Part shown: one piece after another, positions 39,459 through 51,619 of the stretch
Numbering within the stretch: position 1 is the first letter of the stretch
How the letters are laid out: each line of letters starts with the position of its first letter
Source of the DNA: Octopus sinensis
Taxonomy: Eukaryota
NCBI RefSeq assembly: GCF_006345805.1
Contig: NC_043000.1
Location: 96,348,001-96,412,000, forward strand
Direction of reading: 5' to 3'
Length of the DNA stretch: 64,000 nt
Program-made: the position numbers and the translations under genes
The notes under the pieces: model-generated
Database searches by the model: none
The model's input: only the letters and a program-made list of their open reading frames with translations
What the model was told of the DNA's origin: nothing

Positions 39459-39707
39459 TTAAACATGGGATAGCACTGAACTCCACCCTACACAATACAC
39501 TCCTTCACCTTTATGACTCTGCTCTTCTCTTTTTCACAAACCTTCAACACTAAGCCTTTCCGTACTCCTCACCAACAACGTTTACTTTGTTACTCAGTCC
39601 ATTACCATACTCTCACAAAAATAGGTTCCCTTCATCATGCTTTACTCTCTCTTGTTATCTCATTTAAAGTTGAATTTACTTTTGATTAAACTATTTTATT
39701 CCTTTAG

Positions 39708-39804
39708 TTTGTGGCTCCATCCAAAGAAGAACTGGCTGACTGGAAGTCTTCCATTGAAAATGCTGCTTTGAATATGATGACAAGTTCAATGATGGATGAT
39801 CAAG
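39708..39804 (+). CDS. SKAP2: SKAP-like exon 7 (PH C-terminal helix)
   Basis: ctttag|TTTGTG...CAAG|gtaaca; FVAPSKEELADWKSSIENAALNMMTSSMMDDQ. Confidence 0.92.
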
Positions 39805-40798
39805 GTAACAATTTTATCAATTCTTTTACCTTTTAGCATTCAAATTGACTGATTTTCACTAGCTTAAATCCAGTAATATTTATTTTATTTTGAAAAGGAT
39901 GTTGCACTAACATATAATGAAGTTGTGGCTTTCATCCATAGCCAACTTGCATTAGTATAAGGATGCTAATCACTTTTCAAACCTCTCGTTCCTTTGGATT
40001 TATTGCTGTGGGTTTAGGCTACAGAACGAATAGAATTTCAAGGCTCTATCACCAAATATAATTATTGTAAGAATTTGGTAAAATCTCTATTCTATGCAGA
40101 ATCATTTATACACAAGGCACCTCCATTTTAATATAAAATCAAATTAGTGATTTTGGTCATTGAAATGTGGTTTTGTGAGTTACATGGAAATCGCACTTGT
40201 GTTGGTACTTGAAAAAAAGGCACCCAATATTCTCTATAATGTGGTTGGCATTTGGAAGGGCATCTAGCCTTAGAAACCTTCCTTAAACTGAGACTAGAAC
40301 AAGTTGTGTTCCTCTAACTTGTTGGATCCTGTCGAACCATCCAACATATGCCAGCATAGAAGACAGATGTGAAATAATAATGACGATGGTGGTGATGAGG
40401 ATAATGTCTGTTGCAATGCTGGGGTACCACCTTGAATGGTATAGTCGGCCACATCAACATCCAACACTTATTTTATTGATATCACATGGATGAAAAGCAA
40501 GGTGGATATGGACAGGATTTGGCTTCAGAATGTAAATGGATATAACAAAAAAAGAAAAAAAAAAACAATTTATATTGCCTAATGCTCTACTGATTTTTAC
40601 CTTTCACATGTCTTACAGGGACCAGTAATTGGCCTGATTGGGTCACTGAAAACATACAATCAATAAATGTTCATAAATATATATACAACTTGAAATTAAG
40701 TGTTTTGCTCAAGAACACAATACGCTGCCTGGTCCTGGAATCAAACCACAATCTAGCAATACCCTAACCACTATGCCTTGTCCCTTCACTGGTGGTGC

Positions 40799-41003
40799 AT
40801 TATCTAACACACTCACTGGTTCGATTTTCACTCATTTATTATTTATATTATTTCTTTCAAAACTTTCATTGCTTTTGCAACTTTGTGAATGGATGTTGAC
40901 TTTCAACATCCATTCACAAAGTTGCAAAAGCAACAAAGATTTTGGAAGAAAAAGCATAAATACTAAATGAGTGGAAATCAAGCCAGTGAGTGTGTTGGAT
41001 AAT
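40799..41003. repeat. Fold-back palindrome (about 100-bp arms, perfect 31-bp core, 3-nt loop)
   Basis: 40869-40899 is the exact reverse complement of 40903-40933; imperfect pairing extends to both ends. Confidence 0.92.
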
Positions 41004-41061
41004 AAGGCATTAAGACTATGACTTTCCTCAGACATAACAAAGTGTGTTTTGTATTTTTCAG

Positions 41062-41606
41062 ATGGGGAGAGCATTTATGAAGAATTTGATGAAATCATGC
41101 CTATTAATGGACGGCCATCCATTGCTGAAGAGGTATATGATGATAACTTAAACTGTCTGCCAGATGATTCTGAACTAACACCAATCAAGAAAGCTGAGTT
41201 GCCTCCTATCCCAGGGTCACCGAAGCACTTGCTTCTCAAATCTAATATGTCTCCTCCTCCTCCAGCTCTGCCAGAAAGAAATCCTCCAACTGTCCGCCCC
41301 ACTGAACCAGCTGCCTCTGATGATGGTCTGATAGGAGAAGTGTATGATGATATTGGCACTGATGTACAGAAGTTCCTTCGAAACACCAAAGTGGAAATAA
41401 AGCCAGATGATTATGAGAACATCTATTACAGCCTTTGGGATTGTGTAGCAGATGACAGCACTGAGCTTGCTTTTAAAGAAGGAGATCTGATCAGGATTCT
41501 GAATAAAGAATATGATAAGCAATCTTGGTGGATTGGAATGCTTGATGGCCAGATTGGTCTGGTGCCAAAGACATTTCTCACAAATGCCTATGAGTTAGTT
41601 GCATGA
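41062..41606 (+). CDS. SKAP2: SKAP-like exon 8 (Tyr/Pro-rich linker plus SH3 domain)
   Basis: ttttcag|ATGGGG...GCATGA; ends DYENIYYSLWDCVADDSTELAFKEGDLIRILNKEYDKQSWWIGMLDGQIGLVPKTFLTNAYELVA*, matching the SKAP2 SH3; total CDS 1239 nt = 412 aa. Confidence 0.95.
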
Positions 41607-42308
41607 AGATTTGATATGCTAGTAGAAGAGATGTAACCATTAACAAAGCTATTTCTCATTATTTGTGTTTGTTGTACTATGCCATTTCTCAACAAAAGAA
41701 TGATTTTATTTTCTTTTTATTTTGAAAAGAAATCTGTTATTGTATTCTAAAATAATTGTATTATCTATGTTATCATTGCTAATGACATCATTTTAATCAT
41801 CATCATCATCATTACCATCATCATCATCTTCATCATCACAATCACTTAATGATAAAGACTCTGTGTTTTTCTATCAATGAACTGTATTATAAAATCATTT
41901 ATATCTCACAAAATAGTTCTTATTTTATTCATTTGTAATAGGTTTAATTTGAGTCTTTAACGCTTTTCTTTCCTTTTTTTTTCATCTATAAATGAAAAAA
42001 AAAAACAACCCCTAATAACTTTGGTTTGGAAAGCAACCTGCTCTTTTTCTCTATTTTCTTTTATGTTTATCTATAAAATAGGAAAAGAAAAACAAAGTTG
42101 TCACAGATAACTGAATAATTACTGCGTCTCTGTCATGATGTTTTATAAATGCTGGCAAATGTGGTATAAACAAAATAGGTTTCTAGATGAAATACAAAAT
42201 CTATGATTTTTTTTTACTCTATTCTATGTGAATCAATTGCCTTCACTCTTGCTTTATAGTTCCAAATGATGTGTAAAGATAATTATTTTTGTTTTATTAT
42301 TTTTATTG

Positions 42309-42314
42309 ATTAAA
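42309..42314 (+). terminator. Possible SKAP poly(A) signal
   Basis: ATTAAA ending an AU-rich stretch about 700 nt after the stop; T/GT-rich sequence downstream. Confidence 0.35.
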
Positions 42315-42716
42315 AATGCTATGTAAAAGAAAAAATATAATATACATGTTAATCTCATCCTGATGATTAATATATGATCTGATTTGTTATTTTCTTGTTT
42401 TGTTATTTCATGATGTTATTTCATGATACAATTGAATTGCCATTTTTTCTTTTATACTAGCCTCGTTCATTGGACTGCAGCCATTCAAGGGATACCATCT
42501 TCAAAGGTTTTAGTTGATTGCAATTACTACCCACCTGTATTTGTTTCAGTTTGGCACCTCTTTTATCAATATCTACTTATTCAATTGCTAATGGTATATA
42601 TCTTTTTACAAAACGTCTGTTTTATACCAGTAAATCAGTAAACATAATATACATACATGGTGGTGTACACACACACACACATGCACATACATGAGCACTT
42701 AAAAACACATACACAA

Positions 42717-42751
<35 letters not shown>

Positions 42752-43039
42752 ACACACATACACACTTGGAGGCACGTGGCTTAGTGGTTAGGGTGTCAGC
42801 ATCATGATTGTAAGATTGTGGTTTCGATTCCTGGACCGGGTGACATGTTTGTGTTCTTCTCGTTGCTCCAGTCCACTCAGCTGGCAAAAATCAGTAATGC
42901 TGCGATGGACTGGCGTCCCGTCCAGCTGGGGAACACATATGCCATTGAAACCGGGAAACCGGGCCCATGAGCCTGGCTAGGCTTTAAAAGGGCACATTTA
43001 TTTATTTTATTATATATATACACACACACAAGCTCATAA

Positions 43040-43255
43040 ATGCAGAACAAGGTGGAAAAAATAGTACTCAAATACCGAAGGTAGACTAATATGCTTTTTA
43101 TTAAAGCCACAAAAATCTTCACAAACTATTACTCAAAGTTTCATATTACCATTAGTAGGACAGTTGTGATCTTACTAAATTTAGTATGACCACAACTGTC
43201 TGATGAATGGTAACCGAGTAACACTTTGTGAAGATTTTTTGGCTTTAATAAAAAG
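43040..43255. mobile_element. Inverted pair of hammerhead-bearing Penelope-type termini
   Basis: Inverted repeat 43094-43255; the right copy keeps CTGATGA (43200-06) and the left copy keeps GAAAC (- strand, 43138-42). Confidence 0.6.
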
Positions 43256-43315
43256 TATGTATGTGTGTGTGGTTTGTTGGAAGAAAAAGAACTCAATACC
43301 ATAGTATAGGTTAAT

Positions 43316-43411
43316 AATATTTTTATTTTGGTTGAGTCAGCCTGATGACTCAGTGTATGTACAGGGGTAACTGCAGAGTAGCAAGCGACTGACTCAACTA
43401 AAATAAAAATA

Positions 43412-43413
<2 letters not shown>
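43316..43413. repeat. Short hairpin element with 25-bp inverted arms
   Basis: aatatttttattttggttgagtcag / ctgactcaactaaaataaaaatatt (1 mismatch); related element at about 54520-54632. Confidence 0.8.
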
Positions 43414-43456
<43 letters not shown>

Positions 43457-45085
43457 TCTTTTGTCTTATCTGTTTCAGTCATTAGACTATGGCCTTGCTG
43501 GGGAACTTTTAGTTGAATGAAACAGCCCTAGTGCTTACCTTTTTTTTCAAAGTCTGGGGCTTATTCTATCAGTCTCTTTTTGCTGAACTGCTAAGTTATG
43601 GGGACATAAGCAAACTAATACCTGTTGTCAATTGGTGGCGGTGGGGGGGTGACAAACACAGACACAAAGTTACACACACACACTATAGACTTTGGTTTCC
43701 ATCTACCAAATCCATTCGCAAGGCTTTGGTTGGCCCAAGACTATAGTGGAAGACAGTTACCATAAAAGATAAAAGATATATATATATATGTGACAAGCTT
43801 CTGTACAGTTTCCATCTACCAAATTCAACTCACTTGGTTGAATTTGGTCTCTGCTACTGTATTTTTCTTCTCTTTTAAACTGAAATTTTCAAAAATTGAG
43901 ACGAAAAAAAAAGAGAAATGAAAGCAAAAACTCAAGTAAGGCACAGGCATGGCTGTGTAGTTAAGAGACCTGCTTCCCAACCACATGGTTCTGGGTTCAG
44001 TCCTACTGTATGGCACATTAGGCAAGTGTCTTCTATAGCAGTGGATCAGCCAATGCTTTGTGAGTGAATTTGCAAAACAAAGATTGTAGAAGTTCATGTG
44101 TGTGTGTTTGTGTGAGGATATATATCAATGTGTCTGTGTTTGTCCCTACCTTTACATGATGACTGGTGTTGATTTGTTTATGTCCCTATAACTTAGCAGT
44201 TCAGCAAAAGGGACAAAGTACCTGGCTTAAAAACAAAATATAAGTACTGGGGGCAATTTGTTTGACTAAAACCCTTCAAAGCAATTTCCCAGCATGGTTA
44301 CAGTCCAATGACTGAAACAAGTAATATATATGTATATATATATATATATATAATGTGTTTGTGTTTGTCCCCTGTTCATTTGACAACCGATGTTGGTTTG
44401 TTTACACCCCTATAACTTAGTAGTTCAGCAGAAAATGTCAATAGAATAAGTAACAAGCATTAAAAAAAATAATAAGTACTGGTATTGATTTGCTAGGCTA
44501 AAATCCTTCAAGGTGGTGCCCCAGCATGACTGCAGTCCAATGATTGAAACAAGTACAAGATAGAAAATAAGGGGACATGTTGTCTCCACATAACTGTGTA
44601 TCAAGATGTGCGTTTCTCTGGGGTAGGAGTGTCTCAGCTGCTTCACTTCTGATATTTGTATTTCCTATGTTCACATTTGGTACAATGTGCTTTTTGCATA
44701 TTTTTCATCTATTCATAACATTCCTCACAAAAACTGGAAAATAGTGAGTCAATAAAAACAGAGCACCAAACTGGAATCTGTATAGTATTTAGATGCATTC
44801 CTCTGTAGCATTATGACTCAAATCCCAGTGGGGTTGATACAATATGTAACAGTAATAAACTGGAGCCGATTCATTTGCTTATATTCTTGTAAAAATAGTT
44901 TTGTTTTGTCAAAAGATATCAGTTAATTATATACTGTCAATTTTTGAAGAGAATCAATATAAAATCCAATTATAAAATATTTTTTTACATCACATTAATG
45001 TATAATTATTAATTGGTAAGATATTTGGTTGTGAAGAACATAAAATGGTAGTTTTGAGGAAATGTTTTTCAGAATTGTTTTGAAA

Positions 45086-45293
45086 CTAAGCTGTCTTTTG
45101 ATGTTTTAATTGTTGTTTGCTGCCACCAAACACCAGGGATAGAATCCACAGAAGAGCTGAGATGCCATAAAACCAAGGTATCATTTTTACAATCATCTCA
45201 TTATAAAACTCTGACAGCAACTGAAAGTTGGCAAGTTGGCTAATGCACAAAGCAGAACCACAGCGGAGAATTTCCATGTAAGTAGCGTAAGAC
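45086..45293 (-). CDS. AGMO: Alkylglycerol monooxygenase, terminal coding exon
   Basis: catttag|G TCT TAC...TAG; RSYATYMEILRCGSALCISQ...ISALLWILSLVFGGSKQQLKHQKTA* versus human RPKAAIMETLRC... Confidence 0.85.
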
Positions 45294-47347
45294 CTAAATG
45301 AGAAGAAATAATAAATGAAAAATAATTTATTAAAAAAAAAAAAAATGGAACGATGTCATAGATACTAATATGGTAACTTTAGCTAAGTTAAATAAATATC
45401 CTCTATGCTTTATTTTGACATTATTCGTATATACATCAAAAGATTAATATAATAGGGTAGTGAGTTAAAAGAAAACACTAGACCTGAATAAAAAAACATT
45501 TTAGAAATGACATTTGATTGGGCTTTGTACTATGTAACTTGGAATAATAACAATCCTTTCTACTATAGGAACAAAACCTGAAATTTTAGGGAAGGGAGTT
45601 AGTTGATTACATCAACCCCAGTGTTCAGCTGGTACTTATTTCATTGACTGCAAAGTTTCTCTCAGTGGTTTTGAACTCAGAATATAAACAGCTGCAAGAA
45701 ATTCTGCAAAGAATTTTTGCTGACAAACTAACAATTCTATTAGCTTGTCACCTTAATTCTTTCTAATCTTGGGCAAAAGGCTTGAAATGTTTTGGGAAGA
45801 AGTACTACCTGATTACATTGAGCCCAGTTCTCAACTGATACTTATTTTATTGACCTTGAAAGGATGAATGGTAAAGTCAGCTGCAGTAGAATTTGAACTC
45901 AGAGCATAAGGAGCTGGAAGAAATGTTGCTAGCATTTTGCAACATGTTAGCAATTCTGCTAGCTCACCACTTCTAATTTTGGCTCAAGGCCAGCACTTTT
46001 AAGGGAAGGGTAAGTCAATGTAATTGACACTGGTACATGACTGATACTTATTATTTTATCAACCTTAGTGGGATTTGAACTCAGAATACAGACAACTGAA
46101 AAACATGCTGTTAAGCATTTTTGTCCAGTGTGCTAATGATTCTGCCTGCTTACCACCTTAAAGGCAATAATACTGGTTTCAAATTTCCGGCATAGGGCCT
46201 GTATTTTTTGAGGGGAGGGGAGGAGGAGTTAATTACATCGACCCCAGTACGTGACTGGAAATTATTTTATTGACCTCAAAAGGATGAAAAGCAAAGTGGA
46301 ATTTGAACTCAGAATGTAAAATTGGATGAAATGCTGCTAAGCATTTTGTACGGTGTGCATGCACTTCTGCCAAAGTGCTGCCTTAACAATAGTAAAAATA
46401 ATAATAATCCTTTCTACTGAAGGTACAAGGCTTGAAATTTAGGGGAAGGGACTAGTTGATTACATCAACCCCATTGCTCAAAGCATTTTGCTTGGCATGC
46501 TAATGATTCTGCTAGCTCACCGCCTTAATAATAATAATAATAATGATCTATTCTACTCTAGGCACTAGGCCTGAAATTTTGGGGGAGGGACCAGTCGATT
46601 AGATCGATCTCAGTATGCAACTGGTACTTAATATTGACCCTGAAAGTTAACCTCGGTGGAATTTGAACTTGGAACATAAAGACAGACAAAATAATGCTAA
46701 GCATTTCGCCTGGCATGTTAAAGTTTCTGCCAGCTTGCTGCCTTAATAATAATAATAATAATAATAATAATTCTTTAAAATTTTGGCTCAAGACCAGCAT
46801 TTTTAGTCAAGAGAGCAAGTTAATTATATCAACTCCAGTAATTGACTGGTACATTACTTTATGGAACCTAAAAGGATGAAAAGCAAATTCAGCCTCAGCA
46901 GACTTTTAATTTGGAACATAATGAGCTGCAAAAAATAACACTAAGCACTTTTTTTCTGATATGCTAATAGTTCAGCCAGCTCACTAGAAATGCAACAAAA
47001 TCTCCCTCAGATCACACTTGTTTCCGCAAAGAAAAAAAAAAGAGTACTAGAAAATCTGGTCTTAGATACAATGTATCTGAAAAGCGAAATATATTCAATG
47101 TTTGCAGCTAGAGTGCATTTTTTATCATATCTGGCTTTGGGCTAAACAACAATTGCCACTGTGTATAAGAGCATTTTTACTGTGGTTCTGTTCTGAACCA
47201 AACAGAAGCATAGAATATCTGGAATACAGTTTCTGTGGATCATGCATAGTTGTTTGATTGATTACTTGTATCTCACAGGGCTGATACCCATGGTGATTAA
47301 GCTTAAATATTAATAACAATAAGAAGTAAACTTTTACATCAACTTAC

Positions 47348-47430
47348 CTTTGGTCAAAGATATTACCAAAACAGGATAAAGAATATATAATGAATACCAA
47401 AACTGCTAGAACAGATTCTTGTGGCATCAA
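47348..47430 (-). CDS. AGMO: AGMO exon
   Basis: tttctag|TTGATG...CAAAG|gtaagt; LMPQESVLAVLVFIIYSLSCFGNIFDQR versus human ALSQVTLLLRVCFIILTLTSIGFLLDQR. Confidence 0.9.
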
Positions 47431-47463
47431 CTAGAAAGAATAAAAGAAGGCAGGTTATTATTA

Positions 47464-47985
47464 CTGTAAATCCTCGAGTATAATCCGCACTTTTTCCCTA
47501 AAATTTAAAGATCAAAATCCCTGGTGCGTACTGTATACGAGGTTAAAATGTAAAAGTATTTTCTAAGTAATGTCCGTCTGAGTCTCTATTTGCTGTCCGG
47601 CAATGTTTATTCAGATGCATTTTGTGATGTCGGGCGTGAAAATACCTTAAGCTAAGCCTGAAAGCAATGAAGTAATAAAAGAATCATCCATAACTTGCAG
47701 TAAGCAACATTTATTAAAATAAAAGTATTCAGAACACAGAATAACATGTAACAAAAGCAATTTGCAAACATATTTACATACCCATATAACAAGAACATCA
47801 CCATTATTGTATTACGCATGCATGGAAGTGTTTGTTCGACTGGGTGCTGCTGGCTTAATTATGCATGACTCAAGTTAGAGAAGCAGTGCGTATTATACAC
47901 AAGGTTTATGTTTTTCAGAGGTACAGTCCACTAAAAAGCCCCTGCGTATTATACTCAAGGGCGGACTATACTCGAGGATTTACAG
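47464..47985. mobile_element. Tc2/pogo-type MITE
   Basis: TA TSDs; TIR ctgtaaatcctcgagtataatccgc / gcggactatactcgaggatttacag; subterminal gcgtattatac repeats. Confidence 0.85.
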
Positions 47986-48940
47986 TATTTATTTCAAATT
48001 TTGGTACCAGACCCAAAATTTCAGGAGAGGGGTTAAGTTGATTACATTGATCCCAGTGTTCAACAGGTGCTTATTTTATCGACTCCAAAAGGATGAAAGG
48101 AAAAGTTGGCTTCTGCAACATTTGAACTCAGTACAAAGATGGGTGAAATGCTGCTAAGCATTCTGCCTAGCATGCTAATAATTCTGCCTGCTCACTGCCT
48201 TAAGTAAGTTATTAATATTGGTTTAAAATTTTGGCCAGCAAGTTCGGGGGAGGGGTTAAATTGACTTCATTGACCCCAGTGCTTAATTGGTACTTATCTT
48301 ATTGACCTCAAAAGGATGAAAGGCAAAGTCGACCTTGGTAGAATTTGAACTCAGAACATACATATGGATGAAATCCTGTTCAGAATTTTGCCTGTTGTGC
48401 TAATGATTCCATCAGTTTGCCACCTTACATAGGTTATTAATATTAATATTAATGAGGTCAGCTTTACTTTTCATCTTTCTGACTTCCATAAAATAACACA
48501 AGTCTTGTATTGGAGCTCGTTTTATTGATCCTGTTCGTGTTGCTTCACAGTTGGACACTCTTACTAACTCTTCAGAATTAAGCAAAAAGAATAAGGTATT
48601 ATAATACTTAACTCTTTGTGACCATCCTGCATGAATCTGCCACTGATTGGATTTTACAAACTTCCTAATTTAAAGTGATGTAAATAAAAACTTCAAAATT
48701 GCATGCTAATTTATGTCTCAAACAAAGTTGTTTTACTAAATTCTTCAGAATTTCCCAAATGAATTGACTCAAAGACAAGTATTTAAAGGATACTACCTAA
48801 AACATTAGATTTCTCTTCTTTTATGTCATAGCTGTGATTAGAATAAGAAACTTCATATTATAACTACTCAACTATACAGTAAATATCGTGATTTTTTTTT
48901 CTTTTTGTTTAGTAATGAAATATGATGAGAGAAAACTTAC

Positions 48941-49057
48941 ATGGTTAACACTCAAAATTGTTAGGAAGAAATATGTAACTGCCGTAAAGTGGAGTAAAAC
49001 ATATATACTGCACAAGTTGGAAACTTCTGTGGTGTACTTCCGCGCTGGATGTTCTAC
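48941..49057 (-). CDS. AGMO: AGMO exon
   Basis: ctcttag|GTAGAA...CAT|gtaagt; VEHPARKYTTEVSNLCSIYVLLHFTAVTYFFLTILSVNH; phase 0-0. Confidence 0.88.
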
Positions 49058-49505
49058 CTAAGAGGGATAAAAGAAAAAGAGATAGGAAAAATAGTGGTTA
49101 CTTCAGAATGCTATTTTATTGTATTTGCACAATAGATATACACCTCTACTGCTCATGCAAATGGTATGAATGACATATGACATGAATCCCTTTATCCTCT
49201 AAAAATGTTAAGGTTGTCTCTTGACATATTAATGGAAATGAGTAAACCTTGCAATGTATTTTCCACGTAGTCATAGCAGGATACATCTGTGAACAAATAG
49301 GGTAGAGTCTCACAGATGTAATGCAGTGAATTAAATTAATTTAACTAACTGTGGTTAACCAGGTAATTAGTTGGCCAAAAATCCTGCTATGGAGTGTTTG
49401 AAATTTAAAAATAAAAAAAGCAAAGGAAGTAACTCTAAGATCAGTTGGTTTGAAATTTTTGGAAAATAAGGACAATACAAATTGGAGTTGATCTGGTCAT
49501 TAAAG

Positions 49506-49572
49506 CCAACTGGGGAAAGCAGCTGACATGTTTCAGCCTTATTAAACCTCTTCAGCAAGGAAACTCAGTTGG
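49506..49572 (-). ncRNA. Hammerhead motif with intact core and disrupted stem I
   Basis: CUGAAGA GGUU uaauaa GGCU GAAA C au G UC; proximal stem I unpaired, distal CCAACUG/CAGUUGG paired. Confidence 0.55.
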
Positions 49573-51619
49573 TGAGGCTAAGAGATATATATAAAACAAG
49601 CTACTTTCAATTTCTGTCTACCAAATCCACTCACCAGGCTTTGGATGGTCAAGGGTTATAGTACTTACTGAAGAGACTATACTGGGACTGAACCCAAAAC
49701 CATGAGGTTAGGACACAAACATCTTAACCACCCACTTTCTTGGTTAAGTTGAAAGATTGAAACTGTTCTTGTGATGCCACCACCATTATTAGAACAGGAG
49801 ATGGTAATTCAAAGCCAGATGGCTGTTGTTGTTTAGCTCCATTTCAGCTCTGTGATAATCCTTCAGACTGTGATAATCTTGTTTTTTTTTTGCTTTTTTC
49901 AGGCATTATGTATCTTGAACTACATTATTAAGTGTATCTTTCCTTTTTTAAGATAGCAGGTATGATATAGAAGAATGTTTTGGCTGTTATTTCTAGCATG
50001 TTGAACAACCATACAGGCTTCCCATTTGGTGCAGTAAAGGTATCAATTAATTAAATTTCTGATTCATGTCAAGCCATTGCCGATTTAATTAGCAATTCTT
50101 TTACATTATTATTCTGAACAGAAACAAAGATGAGTAAATGAAATATGCAAATATATATACAAAGGCACACACAGACAAAAAGAATATTACACACAAAGAG
50201 AAGTACACACTCATACATTTGTTTAATTATTTATAACCATTACTGTAATTAATTAAGCACAATATAATTCCTAAATACAATGCAACTCACTTATTATACC
50301 TAAAAATTATTAATAAAATGTATCCTCTTTACTCACGTACATGTGTACAATGCTAACTTGAAGTTCTCACCCTGGTATTTTGTATTAAATTTCTTGCATC
50401 ATACACCAGAATCATCATCATTGTTTAACGTCTGCTTTCCATGCTAGCATGGGTTGGACGATTTAACTGAGGACTGGCGGAGCAGATGGTTGCACCAGGC
50501 TCCAATCTGATCTGGCAGAGTTTCTACAGCTGAATGCCCTTCCTAACGCCAACCACTCCGAGAGTGTAGTGGGTGCTTTTATGTGCCACCGGCACGAGGG
50601 CCAGTCTGGCAGTACTGGCAACGGCCACGCTCAAATGGTGGTTTTTTTACATGCCACCTGCGCAGGAGTCAGTTCAGCGGTACTGGCAACGACCTCACTT
50701 GAATGTTTTGTTCACGCGTCACTGGCACAAGTGTCAGTAAGGTGACGCTGGTAACAATCATGCTCGAATGGTGCCTTTTCTGTGCCACTGGCACAGAAGC
50801 CAGACAGCTGCTGTGGCAGTGATCCCACTCGGATGGAGCTGTTAGCGCTCTACTGGCACGGGTGCCAGTCATCAATGTTTATCAAAAGTAGATGGGCAAT
50901 TGCTGTGACATGAGAAGCCAATATGTGGTCATTCAACCTTCTAGAAATAGTAGGCATCATAATACTCGACTGTTTTGAAATCACCCTGCATGAAACTTCC
51001 CCTTGTTCTACATTACAAACTTCCTGATTTAAAGTGATTTAAGTACAAAAAAACAAAAAAACTCCCAAATCTCATGGCAATTTACATCTCAGACAATGTT
51101 ATTTTACTAAATTCTTCAGAACCTGCCAAATGAATTGAATCAAAGGCATGTATTTCATGGGTATTGCCTAAAACATTAGATTTCTCTCTTCTGTAGCATA
51201 GCTTTGAATAGAATAAAACGCTTCATACTATTACTCCACTACATAACCTACTGTCATTATCATCATCAGTTAACATCCCCTTTTCTATGTTAGCATGAGT
51301 TGAATGGTTTGACATGAACTGATGAGCTAGAGGACTGTATTGAACTCCAATGTCTGCTTTGGCATGGTTCATAGAACTGGATGCCCTTCCGAATGCATGT
51401 ATATATTACACACACATACATATATATATATATGGACGGGAAGCTTAAGGTAATCCTATAAACTGGTCTTCCCCAGTGGAAGAAGTAAATTTTCATCCAG
51501 ATAAATCATCATCATCATCATCGTTTAATGTCCGTTTTCCATGCTAGCATGGGTTGGATGGTTCAATCCGAGTCTGGGAAGCCAGGAGGCTGCACCAGGC
51601 TCCAGTCTGATCTGGTATG

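Larger units (their letters stand above)
45555..48430 (-). mobile_element. Cluster of about nine co-oriented SINE family B copies
   Basis: Repeated tcctttctact..ggcacaagg..gaaatttt..ggggag..gattacat.gaccccag..gaatttgaactcag..gctaagcatttt..tgccagct..gcct units separated by (AAT)n. Confidence 0.85.

Noticed and set aside
43341-43388. CTGATGA inside the hairpin element loop
   Set aside because: No downstream GAAA or NUH arrangement, so not a hammerhead
50270-50410. Potential minus-strand exon with a gtgagt donor in an AGMO intron
   Set aside because: Stops in all tested frames; AGMO exons already join in phase without it
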